From: Marsupella aquatica | Taxonomy: Eukaryota; Plantae; Marchantiophyta | Reading direction: 5' to 3' | DNA length: 64,000 nucleotides | NCBI GenBank assembly: GCA_973895155.1 | Contig: OZ316892.1 | Span: forward strand, 22,731,168-22,795,167 | In this document: positions 36,486 through 48,396 of the stretch, one piece after another | How the letters are laid out: every line of letters starts with the position of its first letter | How positions within the stretch are numbered: position 1 is the stretch's first letter | Notes under the pieces: model-generated | Database searches by the model: none | Told to the model about the DNA's origin: nothing | What the model saw: the letters and a program-made list of their open reading frames with translations, nothing else | Made by a program: the position numbers and the translations under genes

Positions 36486-39317
36486 ATGGCATGGACGTAT
36501 ACTTTGGACGGGAGATCTTATCATCTGAAAACTGGAGCCGTGATTCCGGCGCTGGGGCTGGGAACCGGAGGCGGTATGTCGAGATTGGACACGAAAGCTG
36601 CTGTTCTTCATGCGCTTCATGTACTAAGACTCCGCCTTCCCCATTCACTATTGTGGAATGAAGTGCACAAGGGGGAGAATGGGTTAATGGGCTTTCCTCA
36701 TGGGCGAATGCTCTTTGTCGCCTGGATAGATGAATTGCGTGAAGAATTCCGGAAAGGGATATACAAAACATGAGCATGTAGGCTTTTGGGCGTGCTTGAT
36801 GTTGGTTGATTGCTGCTGCAAACGTGAGGCATGCCGCTTGCAGTGCTCTGTATCCATGTAGTAAATAAACCTTAGGATCTGGAATTCATATGAGCATCAG
36901 TGACGAAAGATTTCTGGGGTGTCTCAAATTTTGAATTCTCGTTGAAAAAACTCAGAATGTCCTTAGTGTTTGTTCTTAAAGAATCAATTCGACAGTTGTC
37001 GTGGTTTAAAAGTTCAGTCCGTGGAGAAATTTAAGCAAATTGCCTTCTGATGTGCATGATGGTCCTGAAGGCTGGGTACAGGCACCTTGACTGTGCGCCA
37101 GTCTATGGTAACGAGGTCCAAGTTGGAGAAGCGCTAAAAGAGGCTTTCGAATCAGGGCTTTGCCCACGCGCAGACGTATTTGTTACATCAAAACTACCCT
37201 CTACGGCCCATGATCCTGGTGATGCTATGGCAGCACTGCTGCAGAGTCTCAGGTGGTCTCGAAGACCAACCTTGTTCAGAATATGTGCATTGTCCGGCTC
37301 GACACGTAGTTCGTAATGAGACTGAATATCTTTCTAGCTTCTGGATACGAAATCTGTTAGGCAAAGCTGTGGTAATGGAATGGACTTTCAAAATTTAGGT
37401 TTCAAGTTATCAGAGGTGGGGCGTCAGTCCTGTCTGCTTGAGGGTCGCATCCTTGGGAGGCTACATGTTGTTGGAGCCTGGTTCTTAATGAGGACAGTTG
37501 AAGGAAAAAATGGACCTATCAATGAATGGGTTGCTCCCAGACTGGCTTGGGGCTCATTGTGTTCACAAGCAGCCAGAGTTTTCTCTTTAAGCATCTTTAT
37601 ACATTTGCATTTTATTCACAAGAAGGTGATGACAGAAGTTTTAAAACACGGATATTTCTTGTAGTACACCTCTTATGTACTAGATATTCCATGGTAAACT
37701 GTGCGTTCGCCATAACCCTATGAATTCTTGTTGGTTGGGCATTCGGAACCCTTTGAACTCATTGTGGAAACCGCAAGGCATTTATATATCAATCGCGTTA
37801 GAGCCTGTGAAGCCTTGTCTTTGATTAGTTAGGTTTAAAGCAATCCAACACCGTTTTGAGAAGTGCTGGTTCTTTTGGTGTCTGTTCTTAAAGCAGTGTA
37901 AGTGCTTTTGTTTATCAACCAGCAGAGATCTGAGCCTGGACTATTTGGACTTATATCTGATTCACTGGCCAGTCAAGTTGCAAAAAGACGCAAAAATTTT
38001 GCCAACCGAGGCTGATTTCTTGCCAGTAGACATACTCGGCACATGGCAAGCTTTGGAGAACATGGTGGAAAGAGGATTTGTTAGGTCCATTGGTGTGAGC
38101 AACTTTTCTTGCAAAAAACTGGGGGATCTACTGTTAGTCGCAAGAATTCCACCAGCCGTGAACCAGGTGATTTTTATGAGCATCTCTGGTGAAAGCAATC
38201 CTGAGCTTAGCAAGCCATGTAGGTGGACAATTGTATACTGATTTAATGATTTTTATCAAGCCTCTTGCTTATTTCGAAAGAAGCTGTGGTTCCTAGTTCT
38301 TGCAATTAGCTTAGAAACTCTTGGTCCTGCCCGTATTCTTTGTCGCGTGCTGTAATTACTCTAGGGGAAGATTTGAGGAGTCTTCATTTCGCACCATGGT
38401 CTTTGCACCGAGCGTCCTGAGACAACGTATGCACCATAGTTACGTGCTGTAGCGACAGCTTTGCGTAAGTGAGCTTCAGCTGTCAAGTTCGAAATGAAAT
38501 TCGATAGATGTACTATGTAAGGGGACTTTGTCGAAGATATAGACCATTGTCGGGCTCTTGGCAACTTTTCATTAGTATACTGGGAGTGCAATGGAACTGC
38601 ATTTGGATCGGAGCTCGTGATTTATCTATTGTGTTGATTGTGACAACTTGCAGGTTGAAATGCACCCAGGCTGGAATCAAAGAAAATTGATACCGTTCTG
38701 TAGGGAAAAGTTAATACATGTCACTGGCTATTCACCACTTGGTGCCCCACATCTGGGTTATGGCAGAGATGACCTCATTGTAGACGGTTACGTATTAGAA
38801 GAAGCGAAGCGGCTGTCAAAGACTCCAGCTCAGGTGTGACAGTTGTATCTCCTCTTGGTCTGATGGTTTATGGATTGCTTCTCATGCATGGGTTGTTTTA
38901 GGCTCGACACCATTGGGGTTAATTGTGGGGTCCCGTGGGTATAGGCTATGAGAGGAGACTGTTTGATGTCGATGAACATTCTTTCAGCAAAACCGTTGCT
39001 TTTGTTATTTCAGTGGATTCCCAGATTGCACTACTTTAAAACCATTGACAAGGTTTTAAAGTGCATTGCTAGGGTGTTGTATTGTCCTTCAGGTCTTGAT
39101 AAGATGGGGCCTACAACAAGGCGTGAGTGTCATTCCAAAGAGCAGTGTGTTTGAGCACATCTTGGAAAATCAAGATGTCTGGAACTGGTCTATTTGTGAG
39201 GAATCTGTTCAAAGGCTCTCCACCCTTGAGCAAACACGACAGAAAGTTGATTACTATTGCAATGACACAACTAGCCCTTTTAAGACTGCTGCAGATTTGT
39301 GGGATGGCGAAGTTTGA
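36486..39317 (+). CDS. NADPH-dependent aldo-keto reductase (AKR4C-like), about 320 aa
   Basis: Exons 36486-36620, 37071-37252, 37926-38166, 38654-38833 and 39093-39317 splice in frame. Motifs [64 protein letters not shown] and DLWDGEV; the catalytic D/Y/K/H tetrad is present. Confidence 0.93.
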
Positions 39318-40392
39318 TTCTATCATCCACTTATTACAGCACTGAACTTCCCAGGATAGTGATACCCTGGGTGAAGTTTGATTCTATCATCCACTTATTA
39401 CAGCACTGCACTTCCCAAGATAGTGATACCCTGGGTGAAGTTCAATGATTGTGTGTCGCTTCATTGGATATCTCTATGGTGGTTGTTCTTGGTCTCTAAA
39501 GAGCAGTCGTTGTTATATGAAGGCAATGAATGATGTTCATCTACTTGCTTGCTTCTGATAATCCACGGAAAGAGAGAAGAATGTATTGCAAGGGAAAGCT
39601 TAAATCATAAGCCATATGCAGATGATGTTCATCTACTTGCTTACTTCTGATAATCCACAAAATTAGAGAAGAATGTATTGCAGGGGAAAGCTTAGATAAT
39701 AACCCACATTCAGGGGAAGGCTTAAATTGTAAGCCACAGAGTCGAAGGTGAGGCGTATGTTGCTGTACTCGATCAATTTTTAGTTGGAAACGAGAGCTTC
39801 ATCTAGCTGTAATTTAGTATCATTTATCTCTCACAGAGTTGTCTAAGTCCTTTCTATCCAGGGTGCAGGGTTTAGGAATATATGGCCACAGCTAAAGCCT
39901 TCCAACGAGCCTAGCGCTGAAAGGTAGAAGGTCTGTCGCTGGTAACTCTACAGCACCAAAGTCTGGATTTATGTAAATAATTTAGCTCTAACCGACGCTT
40001 CACCTGAAGGTTCATAATGCCTCACCCTCTGAAGGCTCATAATGCCTCACCGTCTTGATCACAAGGTCAGGACTGAGGGTCCTGAGCTAAGTCGGTTGCA
40101 AATTCTACCTACCCAGTACCAATGCTTCACAAATGAAATTGTTTCCACACAGGTTGAATCACCTTGGCATACCCATAAAAGAAGTATATGGCATACCCAT
40201 AAAAGATATTGACTGTAAGTTAATTCATTCATGCTAAATCTAGGGCACCCACTTCTATACTTTGGGCAAAAGAACTTTCAAAATGCATGTGAAGTTACTT
40301 TTAGGTAACCAACTCCACCCTCACATTCATCTTGTGCGTGTGAAGGGTAAGCTTTCCACCTTCACATTCATCTTGTGCATGTGAAGGGTAAG
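39309..40392. repeat. Cluster of independent short tandem duplications 3' of the AKR gene
   Basis: 64-bp unit at 39309/39373, ~92-bp unit at about 39531/39622, ~25-bp unit at about 40004/40029, ~22-bp unit at about 40165/40189 and ~41-bp unit at about 40315/40356. Confidence 0.8.
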
Positions 40393-41499
40393 CGCTTGTA
40401 TCTCTGCCTCACCTGCTGTAGCATTGACACTTGCAATAGCCCTAGCTTGAGAAGGAAACATGCTACTAGGATTGGTTGTACAAGTGTGAAAATTTGAGTT
40501 CAAAATGAGGGCAAGTATACATGGACGATTGCGCTTGCAGGTTCAGATTGGGGGCTCCAAGTGGGAGAGAGGATGGGGATAGCTTCTTCCTCTTTTAAAC
40601 CACCACTAGTCATGACAAAAGCCTAGTTAGACCAGGTTTTACCATTAATAGTTTCCGTTCCTGAATTTGTGGAGAAGTATGGAATGAGAGAGAAGAATGA
40701 GAGGAAAGTGAAAAAGGGAGAAGTCTTGGACACCTCCCCGTCTTACATGGCTAGTGGCAGTTTAAGAATGAGGATGCCTTGGGACAATGAAGGTGAGGTT
40801 GTGGGTTGCGGCTTGGTTTTGGGGAGAGGGCAGACATGCGGGCTATAGCAATGATGGTGCTTGTATAGGCAACCACTGTCAGCCATTTACTGGAACCTGC
40901 ATCCAGGACCTCACACACAGATGTATATTTCTCTAACTCAGATGAATGTTGGTTAAATCCAGGGAAGATCTATCATAGAGCGTGAAACTTATAGCTGCAC
41001 CATATGAATGCCTGAACTCGCCTTAACACCAGCCAGCACAACTCAAAGGTCCTGCGTGCAAGATCACAAGTTTTTCTTAGTTTTTGCAGGGGACCAATCT
41101 TTAGAAGGATCCAATGGCTAGAAGAAAAGCGCATAGTAAATGGGCCTAACATTCAAATGTCTTCATATAATGACTGTTAGATATTTTAATTCTGTCCCTG
41201 TGTAGTTTTTCTTTGACTTAGGGGAAGAAAAACGCAATTGGAGAAGTAGGATAGAAAAAAAACAATAGAAAAAAGTTTGTGTGAGCAAAAGAACAGAAAA
41301 AGAAGAGGGCGACGGAGAGGGAAAATAGTTGAAAAAAAGGAGGAAAAAGAAAGGGAGATGTAATTGAGAAACCAAGGACAGAGGCAAACTTAAGCTAAAG
41401 AAGTGGACAGTACAAGATTTGATTAAGAGGGAAGGAGGAAAACATGGACGGAAAGAAGTAAGATTATACATAGTATTATTGGAGCACATTTTCAACTTA

Positions 41500-42530
41500 C
41501 ATAAACTTTCCAGTGTAAATTTTCCTCAACTTATTACTAGTTGAGGTATTTGCAGGATTGGGTAAGAGAATGTGAACAACAGTTTGCCTTGGTAATTAAT
41601 CGTTGTGGAGTCTATCGGTAAAATAGAGTGGATACCCAAGGAAATTGTCTCTTGTATTTTTTGTAAGTGGGGTGGACTCTATAACGCCCAGCTAGCTGAC
41701 ATAAAGTCTGGGGTGGGGAAACATAGTCAGTTTGTCAAAAGGGCCAAATTCAAACAAGACACAAAGTTGAGCCTATTTCCATCTCTTGGTGGTTAAAGCT
41801 AACAAAAGATTGTGTCAAACTAAACAAAGGTTTACACCAATTCTCCTCAACTTATGACTAGTTGAAACAATTGCAGAATTGGGTAGCAGAATGGGAGCAA
41901 TACTTTCTCCTTGGTAATTAATAGTTGTGGAGTCTGTTGGTACAATGGACTGGACAGGCAACTTATTGTCTTTTGTGGTATTTTTATATGGGGTGGACTT
42001 TATAACACCCAACTGGCATAAAGTGGCTTGGGAAACATAGTCAATTTGTCTAAACTTGGAAGTACATAGGTTCACCACCAACCGGCGTGATGCTTTCTTC
42101 CAAATATATTTTGGCCTGGCCAAATGTTAATTGTGGATGGAGATCTTCTCTTAAATTCGCCATACCGTTTAGATACGGCAGACAACTTTTCTTTTTTATT
42201 TTAAGGCACGAGATCACAAGTAAGTTGTCGCCAGATAGAACAAGAAGACCCGTATTCATGGGACAGTTGTCCACTTGAATCCAAATGTGCCCAACATGTC
42301 ACATAAGGTCAAGCATGTTTCAAAAAATACGAATTGAATAAGTATTTAATGAAAACCAAGTTGAAGGTTCTCTTATACAACAGCTGCCACTATAAGGGGC
42401 CCTCCCCATAACCAGCCACTTTCTTTTGCCTAGGTGAACAGTCTGCCTATCTTACAGGCTTTCCCACTTACTTCCCATCATAGTACCTGCAAATCCTCAA
42501 ACTAGTCTTTCGTGATTTCGTAAAAAATAT
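41500..42530 (-). mobile_element. Possible highly decayed LINE (L1-like) ORF1 fragment with an internal duplication
   Basis: Minus-strand peptides LGKRKWLVMGRPLIVA and HIWIQVDNCP weakly resemble plant L1 ORF1 (DUF4283 region). 41525-41740 is a diverged copy of 41845-42050. Confidence 0.3.
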
Positions 42531-43139
42531 GGACTACGCTTAGTGTGGAACACAGATATAGGATTCTTAAGAAATAGGAACTATTTGTAGATGTGGACTT
42601 TTGTGGAACACAGATCTTGGAGATCTACATTTTCAGCCGTAGATCTCCCCCTCTGGTGAACTAGTTAGACGGACGAAACTGATACACGATATGTTCTGTC
42701 GTATACACATTATATTAGATGTGAAATCAATAGTACGGGTTATCTGGAGTTCTTTGCAGAGGAAGTTGTGGTTTCATTGTCAACATAAATGAGAGAATTA
42801 AATGGCAAGTAATTAAATCTTCACGGACAAGCAAGGCTTAGCTGTTTCACACTGAAGCTTAAAGGTGTTAAAACACTGTTCAGTTATTTTGTCCAAACGA
42901 AAAAAAAATCACTCCAGTACATCACACATGATTTCCCTCATGCATTGGGTCTCCTACCTTTGGGATCTTATCTCAGGGTCTGCAAAACATAATCACAAGT
43001 GAAACATGACACATGCTGCTCCATAGTAAGAGAAAACCACGTTCCACACATTTGGCATATCTCTAGTAATTTCAATGTTTCATCGAAAGAGATCACTCAC
43101 ATTAACTATGTGTATTTCGAAAACTCAAAGTGTATTTCA

Positions 43140-44385
43140 AAATCCAGCCTGGAACTCATCCCTCGTCCTTTCCGGAGGGTCCTTTCCTTTCCCGAGGATG
43201 TGCTTTCTGTCCTCTTTATTTATGGGTATCTGTGCACTTCTTTTAACAAAAAAGTCGAGCAGGCAATAGTGAGCTTGCAGTGATCGTGTGAAGGACTTTC
43301 TTGTAGAATTTGAGTTGCCATCTTCAAATGTTTGTGCTCTTAATTTATGGATATCTGTGCCCTTCTTTGGACACAAGAGTCAAGCAGGAAATATTGAGCT
43401 TGCAGTGATTGTGTGAAGGTCTTTCTTGTAGAATTTGAGTTGTCATCTTCAAATTTTAGTGCTTTAAATTTTTGGGTATCTGTGCCCTTCTTTCAACACA
43501 AAGGTCAAGCTGGAAATTGGGAGCTTGCAGTGATTGTGTGAAGGTCTTTCTCATAGAATTTGAGTTGCCATCTTCAAATGGTTTGTGCTCTTGAAATAGA
43601 GGGATTTGCTTGGTGGGACCCCAAATGAAAATGTTTTACTTGATAAGACCCCTGAGTGATTCACACCATTGATTTACCTTGAATAGACGGACCTAAACTT
43701 TCAAGGGTCCAATTAAGTAGAACATTTTCATTTGGGGTCCCACCAAGCAAATCTCTCTCTTGAAATACAGGTATCTGTGCCCTACTTTCAACACAAAAGT
43801 CATGGAAATAGTGAGCTTGCAGAGACTGTGTGACGGTCTTTCTCATAGAATTTGAGTTGCCATCTTCAATTTGATTTGTGCTCCTTATTTATAGGTATCT
43901 GTGCCTTCTTTTAGCAAAAAAATCAAGCTAAAAGTCAAGCTTGCAGTGATTGTGTGAAGGTCTTCCTCATAGAATTTGAGTTGTCATCTTGAAATTGTTT
44001 TGTGCTCTTAATCCACGGGTATCTGTGCCCTTCTTTCAGAAAAAAGTCAAGCTGGAAAAATAGTGAGCAAGTTTGCAGTGATTGTGAACGTCTTTTTCAT
44101 AGAAGTTGAGTTACCATCTTGAAATTGATGCAAACAGACCACTAGTATAACTGTGTCCATTGCAAGTGCATTTTGAAAACAAATCTGAAGTGGATCCCAA
44201 AAGTCAACCTGGCATTCCCTCTTCATGTCAGAAGGGTCGTTTCCTTTCTGAGGATGTACTTGTTCTGTACTATTAATTTATGGGTATTCGTGCCCTTCTT
44301 TCAACTAAAAAGTCAAGCTGGAAATAGTGAGCTTCCAGTGGTGGTGAAGATTTTTTCAATAGAATTTGAGGTGCCATCTTGCTGA
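43140..44385. repeat. Satellite-like tandem array, unit about 120 bp
   Basis: gggtatctgtgcccttcttt...gagcttgcagtgattgtgtgaagg.ctt...tagaatttgagttg.catcttc recurs about seven times. Confidence 0.85.
43599..43757. mobile_element. Mutator-like MITE inserted in the satellite
   Basis: Long TIRs GAGGGATTTGCTTGGTGGGACCCCAAATGAAAATGTT / AACATTTTCATTTGGGGTCCCACCAAGCAAATCTCTC, with a 10-bp TSD TCTTGAAATA (43589-43598 and 43758-43767). Confidence 0.85.
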
Positions 44386-45916
44386 GGTGCATTGAAGACT
44401 AGTACAAAATTCAGTAATGTATTATAAAACCATTCAGGTTTTCCATATTTGTTTTGCCTTCATACAACAACGATTGCTATCTTCCAAGTGTTGAATATTT
44501 GTTGTCCATCCACAACTAACTCTATAAGACCAGTGACGCTCTTGTTTTTCTAGGGTTGGGGTGCATGTGTGAAAGCGCATCCAGTTTCATAGCAAAGGAA
44601 ATTCAAAATCTACCTAGCAGGCCAAGACATTATGGATGAAGTAAGCTGCCCTAGGGACAAGGGCTACCGGACAATAAGGACCAAAAACTGCCCTTATATA
44701 TGGACACTGGTGGTTTAATTGAACCTTGCAAGGTCTCTTGACTGTAGGGGGTGACGTCCCCTTTTTGCTCATCTCTTAAATTGCAAGCAGGTTGAGAGAG
44801 AATTTATTTGGTATCCTTATTTGATGCTTAATTTGTCCTTTTTTCCTGACCTCTTATAGAGTGAAGTATTCATGTGAAGAGGTCAAATGCCACAAAACGG
44901 TGCTGCCAATGAGAGGCTTGACCCTAAAATTCCCCCATCATGTTGGTATGCTCATCCTTTGTTTTGCAGTGATATTTAATTGACTGATGGATATGTTCTT
45001 TGCCTAGAACCTCAAAATTAAATCCTACAAACTCTACAAATTGCAAAGCAACGCTTTACATACTCTGCCACTTTTTGGTTCCAGTTACATTTGGATATGA
45101 CCACGATCAAATTTGCTTTGGATTGGTTGCACACACAAATCTACCCTTCTCCCAATCGATTGAAACCCTTCGCCTTCCATGGCCAAGAGAGTCCATAGGT
45201 AGCCTCAGAATATATTGGGCCACACACACTCAGGCAACCAAGAAGAGGAAAAACATAGGACTTCCCTCTCTTTACATGAACCAATAGATTTGTGTGTGTA
45301 TTTTTCACAAGCTATTGTGCCAATAATTATTATGTGCTGTCTGCATTCACAAACTAGCGCCACATATTTCACTCATGTTAGGGACATCTCCTTTCTACCC
45401 AGAAAAGCCTCTGGGACCCCGTCAAGGCCACAGATGTAGTAGGGGTTCTCCTGTTTTTGTTGGTCAGTCGCTGTGGGAGATTTTTGTCTGTGACCCTAAT
45501 CAAAACCTAACTTCTGGGAAACCTCTACCCATTTTGCTTTTGGTTTGAGATGGATCACAACACGTGCCCATGGATTAACTCGACATCATCAAATTTTCAA
45601 ATTTAGTCATTTTTCTGAAGGGATCCGGTGATTCTTGAAGGGTGCCAATGCATGTTCGGGGACCAAAGTTTGGTGCAGATGCTGGTGTACTGACTGCCTA
45701 AGTTGTTGATGGTAGTACTTTTTGGGAACCACAGAATTTGGTTTGTGGCCCCTACACATAGCATTCCTGTCACAAAACAATTGGTTGGTCCAGGAGCCAC
45801 CCCAATAATATTCATAGGCCCATGAAGCACGTGTCTCACGTTCCCGCTCACGTTTGGGACTCATTTGGGTCAAAACAACAATAAAATAAACAAAACGGGA
45901 GGAATGACATTGTATC

Positions 45917-46726
45917 CCCGGTTTGAGCTGTCGGACAACTTGTCGTGTTGTCGGACACGACAACTTGTCATTTGTCGCCCGAAAATGACCCTATTTGTCG
46001 CATATTCCTTTTTATGCCCCGGCCCGGCCCAATCCCTTCCCGGCCCGGCCCATTCCCTCCCCGACTCTTCCCGGCCCCTTCCATTCCCGGCTCGGTCCGG
46101 CACCCGGGTCGGCCCGGTCTCTTCCCGGCCCGGTCCCGCATCCCGCCCGGCCTCACAAACACTAGGTGAGGGCGGGCCGAGTGCGGGGCCGGGCGGGATG
46201 CGGGGCCGGGAAGGGGCCGGGCCGGGAATGGGCAGGGGCCGGGCCGGGAATGGGCAGGGGCAGGGCCGGGAAGGGAAGGGGCCGGGAAGGGGAGGGGTAG
46301 GGCCGGGCCGGGAAGGGGGAGGGGGAGGGGGAGGGCTGGGCCGGGAAGGGGGAGGGGAAGGGAAGAGGCCGGGAAGGGGAGGGGTAGGGCCGGGCCGGGA
46401 AGGGGGAGGGGAAGGGAAGAGGCCGGGAAGGGGAGGGGTAGGGCCGGGCCGGGAAGGGGGAGGGGGAGGGGGAGGGGGAGGGCCGGGCCGGGAAGGGGGA
46501 GGGGAAGGGAAGGGAAGAGGCCGGGAAGGGGAGGGGTAGGGCCGGGCCGGGAAGGGGGAGGGGAAGGGGGAGGGAAGGGGAAGGGGAAGGGGCAGGGCCG
46601 GGAAGGGAAGTAGCCGGGCCGGGAATTACCGGCCGGGAGCCGGACCGGGGACCGGGGTGGACCGGGTGACAACTTGTCGGTTGTCGAGTCCAAAGGCCTC
46701 TATTTGTCGGACAAGTCCAAACCGGG
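45917..46726. mobile_element. Non-autonomous hAT-like element with an extremely G-rich interior
   Basis: Imperfect TIRs CCCGGTTTG..TGTCGGACAA / TTGTCGGACAAG..CAAACCGGG, an 8-bp TSD ATTGTATC (45909-45916 and 46727-46734), and subterminal gacaacttgtcg motifs. Confidence 0.85.
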
Positions 46727-48277
46727 ATTGTATCATACCTGATCTCATTGAACTACCACATTCTGGATGAAAACAATTATAGAGTTAGTCTGAGGTGTTT
46801 GTGTATGTCACTAATGTTCTGAAGCCTTCCTTTCTACCCAAACATGTCCCCTCGGACCCGGTCAAGGCCAATCATGTATGTATAATATGCACATGCTCAT
46901 GAATCATGGGAACTGATAGCAATAAAACTAACAGCCAGAAAGGACGAAAGAATTTGTGTCATATCTGATCTCATTGAACAACCACATCCTGGCTAGAATG
47001 ATTATACTAGCATGAGGTGTTTTGTATGTCACTAATGTTCTGAATGCCTCGTTTCTTCCCAACAGAGGCCCAATAATATGGTGCCTTGGGACCCAGACAA
47101 GGTCAAGCACGTATAATATGCCATATGCTCACGAATCATTTGCCTCTTGGGGACTCATTTGGGTCAAAAAATAGCAATAAAATATGACAGCGAAAGGGGA
47201 GGAAAGAAACAGTGTCATATCTGATCTCACTAGCTACCATATCTTCGCTGAAAATAACTATAGGAGGCTGATGTGTTTGTGTCTAGCAAAGTCTCTTTTT
47301 TTAATTTAAATTAGGGGAAATCTGTGAAACCTCACAGGAAGCAAGAGGTCGGCCACAATAGTTGAACCCAAGGCCTATCAGTCTCAACTCAAGTGAGCTA
47401 ACACAAATTCATCTCTCTCTAGAAATTTTTTATCCCCCAATTTCTCCCCTCACTGGTTTCTTAGTCAATATATCAGTGATGCCGTGTTAGGGAGCCTACT
47501 CTGGTTACTTTGTCTTATTGAGATTTTCATAATATATTTTGCTTCTATTTATTTAAGTCCAAGGTGTATTCTTCATATTTTTGGACTTTGGAATTATTTT
47601 TACCCCCTCTTAACTTGTTAATTTTCTTGTTTAAGATCCCCCTTTAGGTCTATATTTATTATTCAATCTTGCCCATCCTTTGTTAGAATATGTTGTTTTA
47701 TCCTTACATTTGAGTTATATTAAATTGATTCTTCATACACAATAGATACCTAGACCCTAAGCTATCTATTCTGGAGCATGTGATGAATTCCACCAGTTGT
47801 GAGAAACAAACGTCTCACCCCCTCCCTGATTTTTGCCACATTTGCTAGGAATGATGAGGACCTCGGTCCATTCAAGGTAGTTTTAGTTCCTCTTTCTTGG
47901 TTTTTAGAGGTTTCCTTTTGTTCACTTCTTTTGCATTTGGTTTTGTCCACTTGGGACCTCTTTTGTTTCTTCTTTTGTACTCTATTTGGCCCTTTTCTGT
48001 AAAAAGGTTGTATATATTTTTCTTTTCTATAAGAAGTTTGTGTATATTCTCCTCTTAACTAGAGCTCAGAGTTAATATGTTTACTGCGTTTATAGAATTG
48101 AGTAACTTACGTGTGGCTAGCCTACTTACGTCATTATGAGAAAAACATGAGAGGCCCACCATTTTTTGAAAGTGAGTCACAGTCGTTTAGAAGCTAACAT
48201 ATGTCTACTAGAAAAATGGCATGTTGGGATAGACACAAGTACCAAGTCACCCAAAATGAATTTATTTTTGCTGCTTT

Positions 48278-48396
48278 AATTAGCCAAAACTAATCCTATT
48301 CTAGCTATTACCCTATCTATTACTATGTTCTCATATGCAGGAATACCCCCATTAGCTGGATTTCGTAGCAAATTCTATTTGTTTTTGCCGCTTTTG
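48278..48396 (+). other. nad2: NUMT: fragment of mitochondrial nad2
   Basis: Translates to LAKTNPILAITLSITMFSYAGIPPLAGFRSKFYLF, the conserved plant Nad2 AGIPPLAGF segment, with no flanking gene context. Confidence 0.85.

Noticed and set aside
45865-46693. 224-aa Gly-rich and 241-aa Pro-rich ORFs
   Set aside because: By-products of the G/C minisatellite inside a TIR/TSD-bounded element; no domain content.
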